The position numbers and the translations under genes are program-made. A DNA stretch of 63,119 nt, counting the filler, from Neolecta irregularis DAH-3 (taxonomy: Eukaryota): the NCBI GenBank assembly GCA_001929475.1. It is 7 parts of 7 records of this genome, joined end to end, with 100 filler letters (N's around TTAATTAATTAA, not from the genome) between each part and the next. Parts side by side here need not be neighbours in the genome. Positions count along the whole stretch, not along the records: positions 1 to 11,626 come from LXFE01001156.1; positions 11,727 to 17,192 come from LXFE01001158.1; 5 more parts are not named here. One strand, written 5' to 3'. Of this stretch, positions 1 to 13,029 are shown piece after piece. Positions within the stretch are counted from its first letter, which is position 1. Each line of letters starts with the position of its first letter. The notes under the pieces were generated by a model. The model did no database searches. It had not been told where the DNA came from and saw nothing but the letters and a program-made list of their open reading frames with translations.

Positions 1-932
1 TTGAGAAGGTTGGTATATTTTATGAGGCTAGTGGATTTGGTGGTGAGGCTGGGCGATTCCACAGGTAGGACAGAACACTTGCAAGCGAGCCATTTTGAGC
101 GACTACAAAGTTGATCTTGACCATGAAGAGTTGTAACATGATTCCCATACTGATGGGTTTATACTACTACACAATTAGGAGTATTCAAGCATCAGAATAA
201 TACTATTCTGCCTCCATTATTTTATTGGCTGAAATCAGCCCTTCATATAACGAAAACGGTTTGTTTGACACTTCCGTAAACTGGGTACGAAATCCCCAGA
301 ATATTGAATAAGCTACAAGTTCCCTTACATATGCTTATTGCTGTTCTTCTTTTTGATATTAGTTGGCGCACCTTCTGATATTCGGCTGCTCCACTTATGG
401 ACTATGGTTCCACAGAAGAATCTTCATTTTGCCCTTCCATTTTTTCTCTTCAGCTCCAGATACGGGACTAATATCTCGACATATTGTGTAAAATAATGAG
501 CATTCAATGTTTATAACTGAGTGCTGGTCTTGAGAAAGTAAACTTTGAGTGAGTGAACAGTTTAATAAGCGTAACCAGATGACAAGTCGAGCAGGTAAGA
601 TAAATACAAGGTATAGTACTGGAACTTGAAAAATTTCAGTTGTCCAATACGCAAATCGTTATTAGTCTAGGTTCTTGTGCAGGTTTTGCAAAGGTATTGG
701 ATGACCCAACTAATGTATAGCCAATTGGTCTAGTTACGAGTGGATTTATTCCATGGAATAAGCTATTTCATTATTGTTACAATAAATATCAGACTATATG
801 TCTGGTTGTGCCTGGACCGGGTTTATTACTTTCTTTTAGGCGTGCACCGCCAACATTTTGCTTCCGACTTTCCCCAAGGCTTTGGCAGTCATTCCTCAAA
901 CATCACCACTCGCATTTATTACTGCGCTTCCA

Positions 933-3900
933 ATGCTACGCTCTTATCTATTGACCCGTCCGCCTATACGACTATGCGCGTTGTCTGGTCGTGTAGGTAA
1001 AAGATACATGGCGACGGCCCAACCGGTAACCCAACCTCATTTCTTTGTAGCGCCATGTCGACTAGTCTAGGTACATACGGACACATTCCTGGAAGGAAAT
1101 TCGTCAAACTATATCGATGCAATGTATCAAGCGTACAAGCAGGACCCGGCCAGTGTTCATCTATCCTGGAGAGTGTATTTTCAAAACCTGGATGCAAATG
1201 TCGACCCGAAAGCTGCTTTTATTCCACCACCGATAATCATTCCCACTCCCACTGGTGGAGTTGCGACTTTCTCTCCCAGTCCAGGGATGGGAGACAGTAA
1301 AGTCACGAACCATTTGAAAGTCCAGCTTCTCGTCCGAGCCTATCAGGTTCGGGGCCACCATAAAGCCAAAATCGACCCTCTCGGTATTAAAGATGAAGCA
1401 GAACTTCAACATGGATACCCGAAGGAACTCCAGCTGCCGCATTACGGCTTTTCAGAAAAGGACCTCGATGCTGAATTTTCATTAGGTCCAGGCATCCTGC
1501 CTCGTTTCGTCAAAAAGGGACAGGATAAGATGACGCTTCGCGAAATCATCCAGACTTGCGAGAGAATATACTGCGGGAGTTATGGTATCGAGTACGTCCA
1601 TATACCTGATCGTGAGCAATGCGACTGGATTCGTGAACGAGTCGAGATCCCGCAACCCTACAAATATAGTATCGATGAAAAGAGACGAATTCTCGATCGG
1701 CTCATCTGGAGTACAAGTTTTGAAAGGTTCCTTGCAAGCAAGTATCCTAATGAGAAACGCTTTGGTCTTGAAGGTTGCGAGACTCTGATTCCTGCAATGA
1801 AGTCTCTGATCGATACATCCGTTGACCTCGGAGTTAAAAGTATCGTCATTGGAATGCCTCACCGAGGAAGACTAAACGTCCTCAGCAATGTCGTCAGAAA
1901 ACCAAATGAATCCATCTTCTCCGAATTCAGTAGTTCAACAGAACCAGGAGATGAAGGATCTGGCGATGTCAAATATCATTTAGGAATGAATTATGAACGG
2001 CCTACGCCCAGTGGTAAACGAGTAAACCTTTCCCTCGTTGCTAACCCTTCGCATCTGGAAGCTGAAGATCCTGTGGTTCTTGGGAAAGTCCGAGCTATTC
2101 AGCATTACTCCAAGGACGAAAAAGAATTCAATCAAGCAATGAGCTTACTACTTCATGGTGATGCTGCCTTTGCAGCTCAAGGAATCGTTTATGAAACTAT
2201 GGGCATGCATTCATTGCCGCACTACGCAACCGGAGGGACAATTCATATGATAGTCAATAACCAGATTGGTTTCACCACTGATCCTCGGTTTGCTCGGTCA
2301 ACGCCTTACTGTTCAGACATTGCTAAATCTATCGATGCACCTATATTTCACGTCAATGGAGACGATGTTGAGGCTTTGACATTTATCTCTGAATTAGCCA
2401 GCGAATGGCGAGCCAAGTTTAAACGCGACGTTGTTATCGATATCATTTGTTACAGAAAATATGGTCACAATGAAACTGATCAACCCAGTTTTACGCAACC
2501 GAGAATGTATCAACGGATTGGAACACAACCAAACAGTCTTGACCTTTATGTAAAACAGTTGTTGGATGAAGGTACCTTTACAGAGAAGGATATTGAAGAA
2601 CATAAGAAATGGTATCAATCTTTCTAGATGTTCTTTTTAATGTCAAAGGGTATGGGGCATGCTTGAACAAAGCTTCGATGAAAGCAAAGACTACCAGTCA
2701 ACTTCCAAGGAATGGCTTACGAGCTCGTGGAACGGTTCTAATTTTTGCAACTTTACAAACTCTTATACTTTTAAGGTTTTGCTTCCCCCAAAGATCTCGC
2801 CAGTAAAATTCTTCCCCATCTTCCCACCTCGGTTCCCGCAGAGTCGCTGAAAGAACTGGGAAATCTTATTTCTGACTATCCGAAAGATTTTAATGTTCAT
2901 CCTAATCTGAAACGAATCCTCAAAGCGAGAGGAAAAGCCGTCGATGACGGACAGGGTATCGATATGTCAACTGGAGAAGCTCTTGCCTGGGGAACATTGT
3001 TGAAGGAAGGCTCGCATGTTCGAGTGAGCGGACAAGATGTAGAACGTGGAACATTCTCCCAACGACATGCCGTTCTTCATGATCAGGTGAATGAAAGTAC
3101 ATTTATCCCACTAGCAACTATCAAAGATAACGCCTTTGTGATATGTAATAGTTCTCTTTCGGAATATGGCGTGTATGCGTTCTCGTTGTGATTTTTACTG
3201 ATAATAGTCTGGGCTTTGAATACGGATATTCCTTGAGCTCGCCTAATGCCCTTGTCGTATGGGAAGCTCAGTTTGGCGATTTCGCAAATGTTTTTTCAAT
3301 CTCTCGCTTGTATAAACTAACTAATTAGAATGCACAATGCATCATTGATCAATTTATCGCATCTGGAGAAACGAAATGGTTTCAAAGATCTGGGATTACA
3401 ATGTCTTTACCACACGGGTACGACGGTCAAGGACCCGAGCACTCGAGTGGGCGAATTGAACGATTCCTCCAACTTTGTAACGAGGACCCCAGAGTTTTCC
3501 CGAGTGAAGCCAAACTTCAAAGACAACATCAAGACTGTAATATTCAAGTTGTCTATCCCACCATTCCTAGCAATATTTTCCATATGTATCGGCGACAAAT
3601 TCGCCGAGAATTCCGAAAACCTGTATGTTCTTGTCACTAGGATATTACCAACTGGTCTAGTTGATTTATTTTTTTAGCAAGAGTCTTCTTCGCCATCCTC
3701 TCGCTCGATCGAATTTGGACGAGTTAACCGATGGTCACTTTCAACGAATTTTAAGAGACCCGGGTCATAAAGATAGAACATTGAAGCCGGAATCAGAAGT
3801 CAGAAAGATGATCTTATGTACAGGACAAGTCTACGTAGCACTTTACAAAGCTCGGGCGGCCGCCAAACTTGACGACGTTGCAATCGTCCGGATTGAACAG

Positions 3901-4176
3901 CTACACCCCTTCGATTGGGCCGGTCTCAAAACACTCCTCGAGGAGTACCCTCTTCAGGATATTTGTTGGACTCAGGAAGAACCGTTGAATGCAGGTGCTT
4001 GGAGTTTCATCTCGCCAAGATTGGAAACATTACTATATGAAACCAAATTCAAGGGATTAAAAGTTCGATATGCTGGTCGAGGCCCAAGTGCGAGTGTTGC
4101 AACAGGAAACAAAAACGCCCACATTGCAGAAGAACAGGAGTTCTTGGCGGAAGCATTAGGGACAAAACATCAGTAA
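933..4176 (+). CDS. KGD1: 2-oxoglutarate dehydrogenase E1 subunit, mitochondrial (multi-exon)
   Basis: Motifs [63 protein letters not shown] and [10 protein letters not shown]. The N-terminus [14 protein letters not shown] is presequence-like. Short GT-AG introns link the ORF pieces. Confidence 0.97.
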
Positions 4177-4471
4177 ACGGATCGGTCGGTAAGTCACATG
4201 TAATCTCCTTCTCTTAGTAAATGATAATGCAATATCAATGTCATGAAAGCTATGCCTGCCGTCCTACTAAAAGAATTGCCTATTCGGTTGGCCTGACTAA
4301 TACGAATTCGAAAACATCCTACCTACTGCGTTAGTGATACCAGTTTCGAAAAATCCTCACAATTTCAACACTACATATTTTCATTCTTGAGATACCGGAT
4401 AGACGCGTTCATATCTCCGGAAAAGCACTGCATCCCGTTCGATCTGCAAAGTTAAGCCCGGAAGAGCCTGG

Positions 4472-4678
4472 TCAGTATTGCGGTGGGTGACCACGCGAGA
4501 ATCCCGGGTAATGCATCTCTAATTCTCTTTTGTTCCACCCTCTTTTAAAATTCTTGGAAAGTAAACGAAACGGTATTGTACTACGATATTTTTGGTCGCC
4601 ATGATGGGAAATTGAATTTCTACTTTCGATAAATGACGTCAATTCTATTGACGGCACTGATATCTTGGGGCTCGCCAT
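4472..4678 (-). CDS. possible small hypothetical gene (first exon only)
   Basis: ATG-started 68-aa ORF between KGD1 and APN2; no recognisable motif. Confidence 0.2.
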   Translation of the reverse strand: MASPKISVPSIELTSFIESRNSISHHGDQKYRSTIPFRLLSKNFKRGWNKRELEMHYPGFSRGHPPQY

Positions 4679-4764
4679 TTATTGATTCTCAATGTACTAC
4701 TAAAGCTATATCTGATTCTATCGAATCCTAACTAATGTCCGAAAATAAAAACAGCACTAAGACT

Positions 4765-6468
4765 CTAATTGCCATTACACCATTTGAAAAATCCACAGCG
4801 AAATCTTTCATCTATATCATCTTTTGGTCTCGACCAATTATCATAGCCTGGACCGACATCACGACTACATATCCAAAACTTTCTCCCGCAATTTAGACCT
4901 GGTTTTTTCACGACTAATTGAATGCATGGTTCATCATGCGTAGTACAATTTGGGGGGACAGGTTTCGTGAAAATCTCGGACCAGGTTCTGGAGGAGGAAG
5001 TTTGGGATTTTCTGGATGTTTGTATCAGTTCTGATAAGGATTGATCTGGGAAGTGAGATGAATTTGTTGATTCGGGAAGTGGGTATAAATCCAGATCTGA
5101 AAGTGCAGTTTCTGAGACAGCATAGCTTTTGGATGGTGGGTTGTCATCAGAGTTTGAGCTCGTCCGTTTTTTTCCAGTAAGGAATTTGGTGATTGGCTTT
5201 TGTCTGTCACTCTTCACTTTTTCCTTCTTGGGTTTTGCGTGCACGTTCAGCGGTGAACCCTTTCTTTTCACTGATCCTGGAGGTGCAGAAGTGAGTGTGG
5301 TTGACCCTTTTTGGGAAATATTTTCAATCGTGTCCTTGACTGTTGTAGCAGGTAGATTTGCAAACATAGTCTTGATATTTTTCGTACTAAATTCACAGTA
5401 ATATCGAGCAGCAAACCGCGGTGGACAGGGGTTCTCCAGAAATCGAATATTTTTAACGAATATCCCGGGAGAGTTCAGATTGTCTAGCAGATATTGGTTG
5501 TCATGTTTTAACTTGAGTTCGATGAAGACCGGGCAATGATCTGACCCATAAATCTCGGACTGAATATCCGCTTTATCAGTCCATTGTATCAGCCTTTCCG
5601 TTATAAGAATATAGTCAATTCGGGATCCTAATAGTCAATCGCAGAATCCGCAGGTACACATGCCATAATTTCCTGGTCTAGCGTTGATTTTGGTGTTCCA
5701 ACAAGTAAACATGCCTTCTCTCTCCGGCCAAAACTCTCTAACAACATCCTTTACACAGCTTTTCAGAAAGGCTCCTAGCCATTGTCTTCCCGGATTACTC
5801 ATAAAATCACCATTCTCGCTTACTCGAAGTGCTTCTTTCGGATCGGCGGTATCGAGCAGTGAGCAGCAGACATTTACATCCCCAGCAACAATAACCTGTC
5901 TACCTGCTGCGATGAGGTTTCCCACGCGCCTTGATAAGCTATCCAGATACTGAAGTCTGTAGTCTTCGCGTTCGGGACCTGAATTATTGGGACAATAGAT
6001 TCCAATCAACACAAACATTCCGAAATCAAGAATCAATGCTCGTCCTTCAGAGTCTAGGAATTGGCCTTCAAGAAGATCAATCCCGGAATATCCACCTATC
6101 CCGCCATTTAACTCTCTCCATGGGATGCGTTTATCGTTCTCTAGACAGCCGGTGATGCCCTCCTCCGCTTTAATAGGCATGCATTTCTCTGTGTTTACAT
6201 AAACTGCGACGCCGCTATATCCTTTCTTTGCCTTTGGAAATGTAAAGAATGATTCATATCCTGGCACATGGGCGATTTGAGAAGTGAGGTCTTTGCGTTG
6301 CATCTTTAGTTCTTGGAGAACGATTATGTCTGCCCTGAGGGTTTCGAAGATTGTCTTGTAGGATCGGGATGTGGACCATGGAGAGTAGGAGAAGGGATTT
6401 CGTATCCCTAGACATGAGCACGGCTATTGCGAGCAGCTACCATTGACGTTCCATGTGACTATCCGCAT
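4765..6468 (-). CDS. APN2: AP endonuclease 2 (ExoIII family) with C-terminal GRF zinc finger
   Basis: MRIVTWNVNG start, LQELK, GYSGVA, DSEGR, GDVNV, FTCWNT and GSDHCPV motifs; C-terminal CTTHDEPC...NCGRKFWIC...CGFFKW zf-GRF. Confidence 0.95.
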
Positions 6469-6595
6469 CTTCACATTATTAGTCAACTTTGGTGGTTGCT
6501 ATCTTTAATCAAGCTCCAATAGAGTTCCACTGAAAGAAGATGAGGCGAATATCGACAACGATTGGAGAGTGAAACAATAAAATACGATCGCAGGT

Positions 6596-6816
6596 TGTAC
6601 ATGGGGTATATCTTACCAATACGGTAAGTGGCTTGACGGGAAGTATATTAAGGCGGCAGTTATATATTCCTAGCCAAATACAAATACTTAGGCTAGGTAT
6701 GTCCCTTTGTAAGAAGTACGAATACTTAGGCTAGGTATGTCCCTTTGTAAGAAGTACGAATACTTAGGCTAGTTATAACAGTTGGTCTTATCGTACTTCT
6801 AAGCGCATATTTTACA
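6596..6816 (+). mobile_element. short solo-LTR-like element, copy 1, with internal 38-bp tandem duplication
   Basis: TGTA...TTACA termini; flanks CAGGT/CAGCT (TSD with 1 mismatch); strong similarity to the reverse complement of 29713-29868. Confidence 0.8.
6697..6772 (+). repeat. 2 x 38-bp tandem repeat GTATGTCCCTTTGTAAGAAGTACGAATACTTAGGCTAG
   Basis: Exact duplication read directly from the sequence. Confidence 0.95.
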
Positions 6817-6851
6817 CAGCTACTATAGAGACAAGATGGTATGGAGCATTG

Positions 6852-6912
6852 CAGTCAAACCTGCTTACAACGAATGTGGCGTTCAAGGGTGTTGAATTCA
6901 TTATAAGGCATG
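6852..6912 (+). mobile_element. possible pogo/Tc1-mariner-type terminal remnant
   Basis: CAGTCAAACCTGCTTACAACGAA...TTCATTATAAG resembles pogo-like TIR ends; no partner end found. Confidence 0.25.
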
Positions 6913-7029
6913 TCGCACGCAGGGTGTAGCTAGATGTTGTAGGCGTTTATAGGATTATAGATTATTGATTGGTGAGCGCGGTCGTATGGGATTTCAGTCT
7001 CTTGGATCGTCAATCGACTTTTGAGGGAT

Positions 7030-7184
7030 TCTAACTAAAAGCCGGAAGTACAATAAGACTAATGTTATATCGCTAGCCTAAGTGATATGGACTTAGCTAG
7101 GTATGTTATATCTTCCGTCTTTAAACTCTCTAAGCCACCTTCCCTTGTTGATAAAGTATATCTAAGGGTATATATATCCTTACA
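7030..7184 (-). mobile_element. degenerate solo-LTR-like element, copy 2
   Basis: Minus strand begins TGTAAGGATATA and shares AAGGTGGCTT, ACTTAGGCTAG and TATAACA..GTCTTAT.GTACTTC with other copies; no TSD seen. Confidence 0.65.
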
Positions 7185-7848
7185 TTAACAACTTGGATAA
7201 AAATGAGAAAAATGATCGTTATAGTTTGTTCGAATAAAGCACTATTCAACAGTCCTAAGAGCTGGCAGCTACATGACTACTTATAGGATAACAGAAACTA
7301 TAGGAACCACAACCAGATCAAAGAAAAAGCCAAACAAGATGCCCTTTTAGGCATCCTCCACAAGATTACGTGAATGATTTTCGCGCCACACACTTTTCCC
7401 TTTTTAGCAAACTGTATCTTTTATGGTCATTCGCCTTACCTTAACATAAAACATCTGAATCAGGAGGGTTCTTAAGGAAATTAGGGCTTCAATTCAGCAA
7501 CTTCTGTCATCGGCTCTGAAAACACTTTGCTGGTTTATCGAACAAGGAGTCAAACCAGAATCAGCTCCTCAAGGTCTATGTATTACAGAATAGGGCTTGC
7601 AATAGTGGATATACAGCTGTATGGATTGCTATCCTTCAAATCTGGTCTGTTCAATGAACCTATCTGTCGTCATTCACTACAAGTTTTACATCACCGCAGT
7701 TCCGATTCGCAATCAAATCCAAGTCAAGGCTTCTTGACTGTATAATGAAAAGAATTCAACAAGTGGAACCAACCACCAACACTAGCCACACTTGCTTTAT
7801 TCACCTCATTCCCCACATTAGCTCTGCCTTACTTGGCGCCGCCTAATT

Positions 7849-10800
7849 ATGTCCGGAGCGGAACAATCGCAGCTGGCGTATGTCCTACATTTAACAAAAA
7901 TACCTAAGATAAACAGGGAACAACGTCGAAAATCAGCTCATCTTCTCTCCCACAATACTGTAAATCTCTCAAGGAAAGGTCGAAATACTCTTTTGTATGG
8001 AGATGCTGAATATCGATAGCTGGTCTCGCTGAATCCATCAAGAATTTCAAATGTCTTGAAGCCCTGCGGTCAGGAGACAAGGCTGCAATCGATAAAGCTA
8101 TAGCTCAGTATGACGATGAGAATAGAGAAGCTGTTTCTCGGGCATCTACGAGCACACTATCCTCGTCTGACCTTTCATCCCCGCTTCATATGGCGGTTCA
8201 ATGTGCTGAACCCAGTATTGTGGAATATTTATTATCTCGCCCTGCGACTGAGATCAATGCCCGGGATCAGAACGGAAATACAGCATTACATCTTGCCGCC
8301 CTGTTCGGGAGAGAAGATATCGTCGAAATGCTTATGAAGAATGATCATATGGATGATACCATAACTAATCATGCCGGCAAGCAGGCATTCGAAATAGCCA
8401 AGTATGTTGAACTTTCCCAATCAATGCAATGTATGCGTCATTATATTTTGCTTTTATTAAGAGTAGTAAATCGCTTTCAGTTTTGCGAAAAAGTTCAGGC
8501 TGGGTTTGAGAAGCTTCTCAATGATGAAAATTTGGAACTTCTTAAACAGTTCATGGAGAATCCTCGAAACACTGCCTCGGTCGACCTAAATAGACATAAC
8601 GTAGACACTGGCCGGACATTACTTCACGAAGCGGCCCAAAAGAAAAGCCTTGCAGTCCTGCAATGGCTTGTTGATGAAGGGGCAGATCCTTTTAAGCGGG
8701 ATAAGAAAGGAAAATTACCGTGGGAAGTGACAAAGGATGAAAAGGTGAAAAATATTTTGAGGAGGAAATCTACTACCCCAGACGATCAACCCCATAATAT
8801 TGGTGATCAGATGAGGCTCGCTGGGTATCTTAAGAAATGGACAAACTATACTGGCGGTTACAAGCTTCGTTATTTCATTCTCGATCATGGAGTGCTATCG
8901 TACTATAAACACCAGGGTAAATCTAGCCTGCGGTTTGATAGCTAAATACAGATGATGCTGATCAAGCTTGTCGGGGGTCGATTAATATGGGTATTGCAAA
9001 ACTCTCTCTTGATAAAGACGACAAACACGGTTTCGAGATTATCGGAAAGGGATCAGTTCGCTACCACCTCCGTGCGAATCACCAAGTGGAAGCGAACAGG
9101 TGGATATGGGCGTTGACCAATGCTATCGAGTTCACCAAGGACGAAACGAAAAATAAAAATAGGCATAGTGCTATCTATGATACAGAATCAACTTCTGCAA
9201 GAAGTAATGCCATCTACAATCATGGGCGACAACCCTCTCTTCAAAGTATATTGGCCCAAAGAACTCTGAAAGAAGGTCCCATTACCCAATCAACCGCTAT
9301 TCCAAGGTATCCTGGCGCAAGAGGGAGTCGAATTTCATCACAGTCCGAAGATGAGGAATCTATTATTGAAGATCCAGAAATGCTTGAAGAGCCTCACAAA
9401 CTCAACTTTGAGCTGACCGCAAATACAGCCCGGTTGCAGCTAGAAACGCTCGAAGAATTAAGTGCTGGGATTTTGAGAGAAGGCTTAAAAATTCGCGCTG
9501 AGGGTTTGGATGAATCTTTAGAAAACGGGGTGGCCACATTCAGAAATGCGTTGTCTTCGTTACGAAACACATTTCGAGATCTCACCAGAATGGGCGCCGA
9601 GCGAGAGAATTACTGGGCTTCGAGACTGTCAAAAGAAACTGAAATGCGTCGTTTATGGGAAGAGAATATGCATGCTCTCGCTACTGAGCAGGAACGGATG
9701 GAAAGAGATATGGAAACCGCTGAAAAAGAGCGACGAGCTACCAAGCGGATTTTGCGTCAAGTAACCCTACAACTGGAACATGCAAGTACCCCAGACACTC
9801 CCAGCGAATTTCCAAAGCTCTTATCTCAGGAATCACAGCCACGCATGTCAATGAGTTCGGTGCTATCGCGCCTCGAACATTCAGAGGACGATGACGAATT
9901 CTTTGATGCGATTGGAAGTGGAGAAGTTCCTGTTGAAAGGATGCCTCCAGTAGTCACGGATAACGTTGACGAACCAAATTCTCGCCAAGTAGATATCAAA
10001 ACAAGTTTTCATGGATACAGTCGACCTCGGGAACGAATCCCCCTCGATAACGATAATCGCCCAAAGTTCTCGCTATGGGCTATTATGAAGAGCATGATTG
10101 GAAAGGATCTCACAAAAATTGTATTATTTCCTTTCTCGTATATGATTGCTGACATGAAGACAGTCCCCGTCTTTCTCAATGAGCCTACAAGTCTTTTGCA
10201 GAGAGTCGCCGAAGATATGGAATATGTTGAACTGCTAAATACCGCTTCGCAAGCAGCTGATTCCACCGAACGTATGGTCTACATAGCTGCTTTTGCTGCA
10301 AGTGAAGTACCAATCAGTCAATTTTCTTATTCTGCTCTAATAGCTAGTATTCAAGTACAGTTAATCGAGTTGCCAAACCGTTCAATCCTCTTCTTGGAGA
10401 AACGTTTGAATATGCTCGACCAGATCTAGGCTACAGGTATATGTCCGAACAAGTAAGTCATCACCCTCCGATTTCGGCTTGCCATGCTGAGGGTGGTCGC
10501 TGGGAATACTGGGTCTGTCTCCTTCTCATTTACATGGTTAATAGATCAGGGGGAGAATAATGTGAAATCTAGATTCTATGGCAAGAGCTTTGATCTCGTT
10601 CACTTGGGAGTATGGTTTTGTAAACTTTACCCGTGTAACGGAGATCCTCCGGAATTATACACATGGCGCAAGGTTACCACATCTGTCATCGGTATCATTA
10701 CAGGATCCCCCACGATCGACAAGTATTGTCATTTTAGTGTGAAACTGGCTAATCCTTAGTTACGGTGAAAAGGAAATAAAAAATTATTCAACAGGGGATA

Positions 10801-11354
10801 TCTGTAAAATAGAATTCAAGCAACGAGGATGGCGGTCTAGTGGAGCGTATGAAGTAAAAGGTCAAGTGTGTGATCGTTCTGGAACCCCACAATGGTCACT
10901 AGGAGGACACTGGAATGACAAGATCTACGCACGGAAAGCTCATCTTGATCAAAACACTGCGTTTCTAGTATGGCAAAATCATTACAGACCGTCTGCTCCC
11001 TTTAATCTTACCCCCTTCGCGATCACGCTCAACGACTTGCCCGAAGATCTGAAGTCTTGGCTTGCGCCTACTGATACTCGACTCCGTCCTGACCAACGAG
11101 CAATGGAGGAAGGGAAATATGATCTCGCGACCAGCGAAAAGAATCGTCTTGAGGAGAAACAACGGACGAAACGTCGTGAAAGGGAAGCAAAAGGGCTTAA
11201 ACAAGAACCGAAATGGTTCAGGAAGAGTGTACACCCAGATACTAATGATGAATACTGGGAATTTCCAGGAGAATATTGGAGAAAGCGGGAAGAACTTCGA
11301 GATCAGAAAGCACGTAACAAAGAAGGGGGTTGGGAAGTGGACGACATATTCTAA
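7849..11354 (+). CDS. SWH1: oxysterol-binding protein with ankyrin repeats, PH domain and FFAT motif (Osh1/Osh2 type)
   Basis: Ankyrin GNTALHLAA and [42 protein letters not shown] motifs [28 protein letters not shown] and PTDTRLRPD. Confidence 0.93.
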
Positions 11355-11626
11355 GCAAGTCTAGTGGTGTTTTTGGATAGAATTAATTAGAATTTTACAT
11401 TACCGTTGTGGCTATTCTTTTGAAGCCAACTGAAGATTGCATCCTAGAAACCTTTGCTGGTGATACACCTAGATGATAACCTAAAACCCCATCCTCTCTA
11501 AACCCAGTGAACCTATTAGTAAGCCTATCTTGCATTTTGGTCAATCGTCGTTGAGTCATCCTGTGAGTACTTGACCGGTCTGGTCTATACTCCGCTGAGC
11601 CTTAAGGTCGTATATAGTTGCAAGGG

Positions 11627-11726
11627 NNNNNNNNNNNNNNNNNNNNNNNNNNNNNNNNNNNNNNNNNNNNTTAATTAATTAANNNNNNNNNNNNNNNNNN
11701 NNNNNNNNNNNNNNNNNNNNNNNNNN
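11627..11726. other. artificial assembly spacer (44N-TTAATTAATTAA-44N)
   Basis: Identical 100-nt spacer with a six-frame stop linker, seen six times in the window. Confidence 0.98.
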
Positions 11727-12419
11727 GGGGCTGATATTTTGGCATCTCAAAGAAATCCTCAGGAACTCGAGAGATTTTCTCAACGAAAAATGAATGGATT
11801 TCTCAAATATTGGGCAGCAAGAACCCCCAGTGCCTCCGGAGGTGATCATGGGCACGAACTTGATGCAATCGTTCTTGCTTTTCTCGCTTTATTCAGTGAG
11901 AAATTTCGTCCAGACATAACAATCATTTACGATCCAGTCGAAAAGGTACTTTTTATCGAAGGAGATAACTTGCACCTATTCATCTCCTCAGTTGACTCGG
12001 GTGATTACATTATTGTACGAGAACACTCTGCTGACACCCATGTTCCTGTCATACTTTCAACGCTCGAAAAATCTAATGAGCATTCCAAAATTGTCATGGC
12101 TATGTTTGAACAAAGTATGGTTCGTTTCCATCATGAATATCAGTATTCCGAACCCCGTTATTTCAAAATAATATGCAATTCTCTCGATCGCATTGAGAAA
12201 GCTCTATCCGTCATTGAACTTGTTGAAGATCTACTCAATCGACCTCCAGAGTACGAGCCTGTACATTACTCTATCCCAAACTTGGAAGCGGTCCGTGATG
12301 CCGTGACGGCTGTTCTTTTTAATGTATACGGAAATCCAACAACTCTTCAACTGAATGCATACCGAGGGCTCCGACAAGGCAATACCAAGTTGGGTACGGT
12401 TGATATTATCACTCAATAG
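11727..12419 (+). CDS. hypothetical protein, probably 5'-truncated by the gap
   Basis: Uninterrupted ORF of more than 226 aa with globular composition; no recognised motif. Confidence 0.6.
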   Translation, partial: GADILASQRNPQELERFSQRKMNGFLKYWAARTPSASGGDHGHELDAIVLAFLALFSEKFRPDITIIYDPVEKVLFIEGDNLHLFISSVDSGDYIIVREHSADTHVPVILSTLEKSNEHSKIVMAMFEQSMVRFHHEYQYSEPRYFKIICNSLDRIEKALSVIELVEDLLNRPPEYEPVHYSIPNLEAVRDAVTAVLFNVYGNPTTLQLNAYRGLRQGNTKLGTVDIITQ

Positions 12420-12494
12420 TTGGTTTGTTATGTGTAGCAGGACTACACACAAGAATCGTTTATGTAACTATAAACAAGTCAGAATAGATCCGTG

Positions 12495-12745
12495 ATAGCC
12501 CGGCCGATTGAAAGCCCGCGGGCTTCTAATATTGGTTAAAAGCACATGGGCAGGACCCAGAAAAACGGGCTTTTTCACACGAGACCCTGATTAAATGCCA
12601 CCCTAAGAGAAAAAGTGGATAAAGGAGAAGACAGTGTGGAGCAGCAGGCTGAGGCAGACAGGGGTGACAGAAGAATAAGAAGTTGAATAGTTGCTTCATA
12701 CTATCTAATATCACATGAGATGGCCCGTTTAGGCCCATGTACTGT
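12495..12745. mobile_element. possible hAT/MITE-like remnant
   Basis: Clustered GCCCG/CGGGC motifs; the minus strand end reads CAGTACATGGGCCTAAACGGGCC; no second TIR or TSD. Confidence 0.2.
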
Positions 12746-13029
12746 TTGTCACACGCAGGTTGTAGCTTAAGGTTTACAGGGGTTTGGTAGTTGATGTAGT
12801 TGTTGTAATGGATTGGGTGTATCTTACTCGATCAGGGCACAGCATGGAGAACAGGCCTGGAAACACTGAGGGCATGGCAATCGGCGGGGGAGGGAGGAGT
12901 AGCGAAGCTGGTATGGTGACTGCAGTTATGGTTGCGATTGCAGCTGCTGCTTTATTGTAGATGACCGAGTAGGTCAAGATGGCCGTTGCCCACCCCAGGC
13001 CGGAAGATAGGGCAATGGATCTCTATGGC

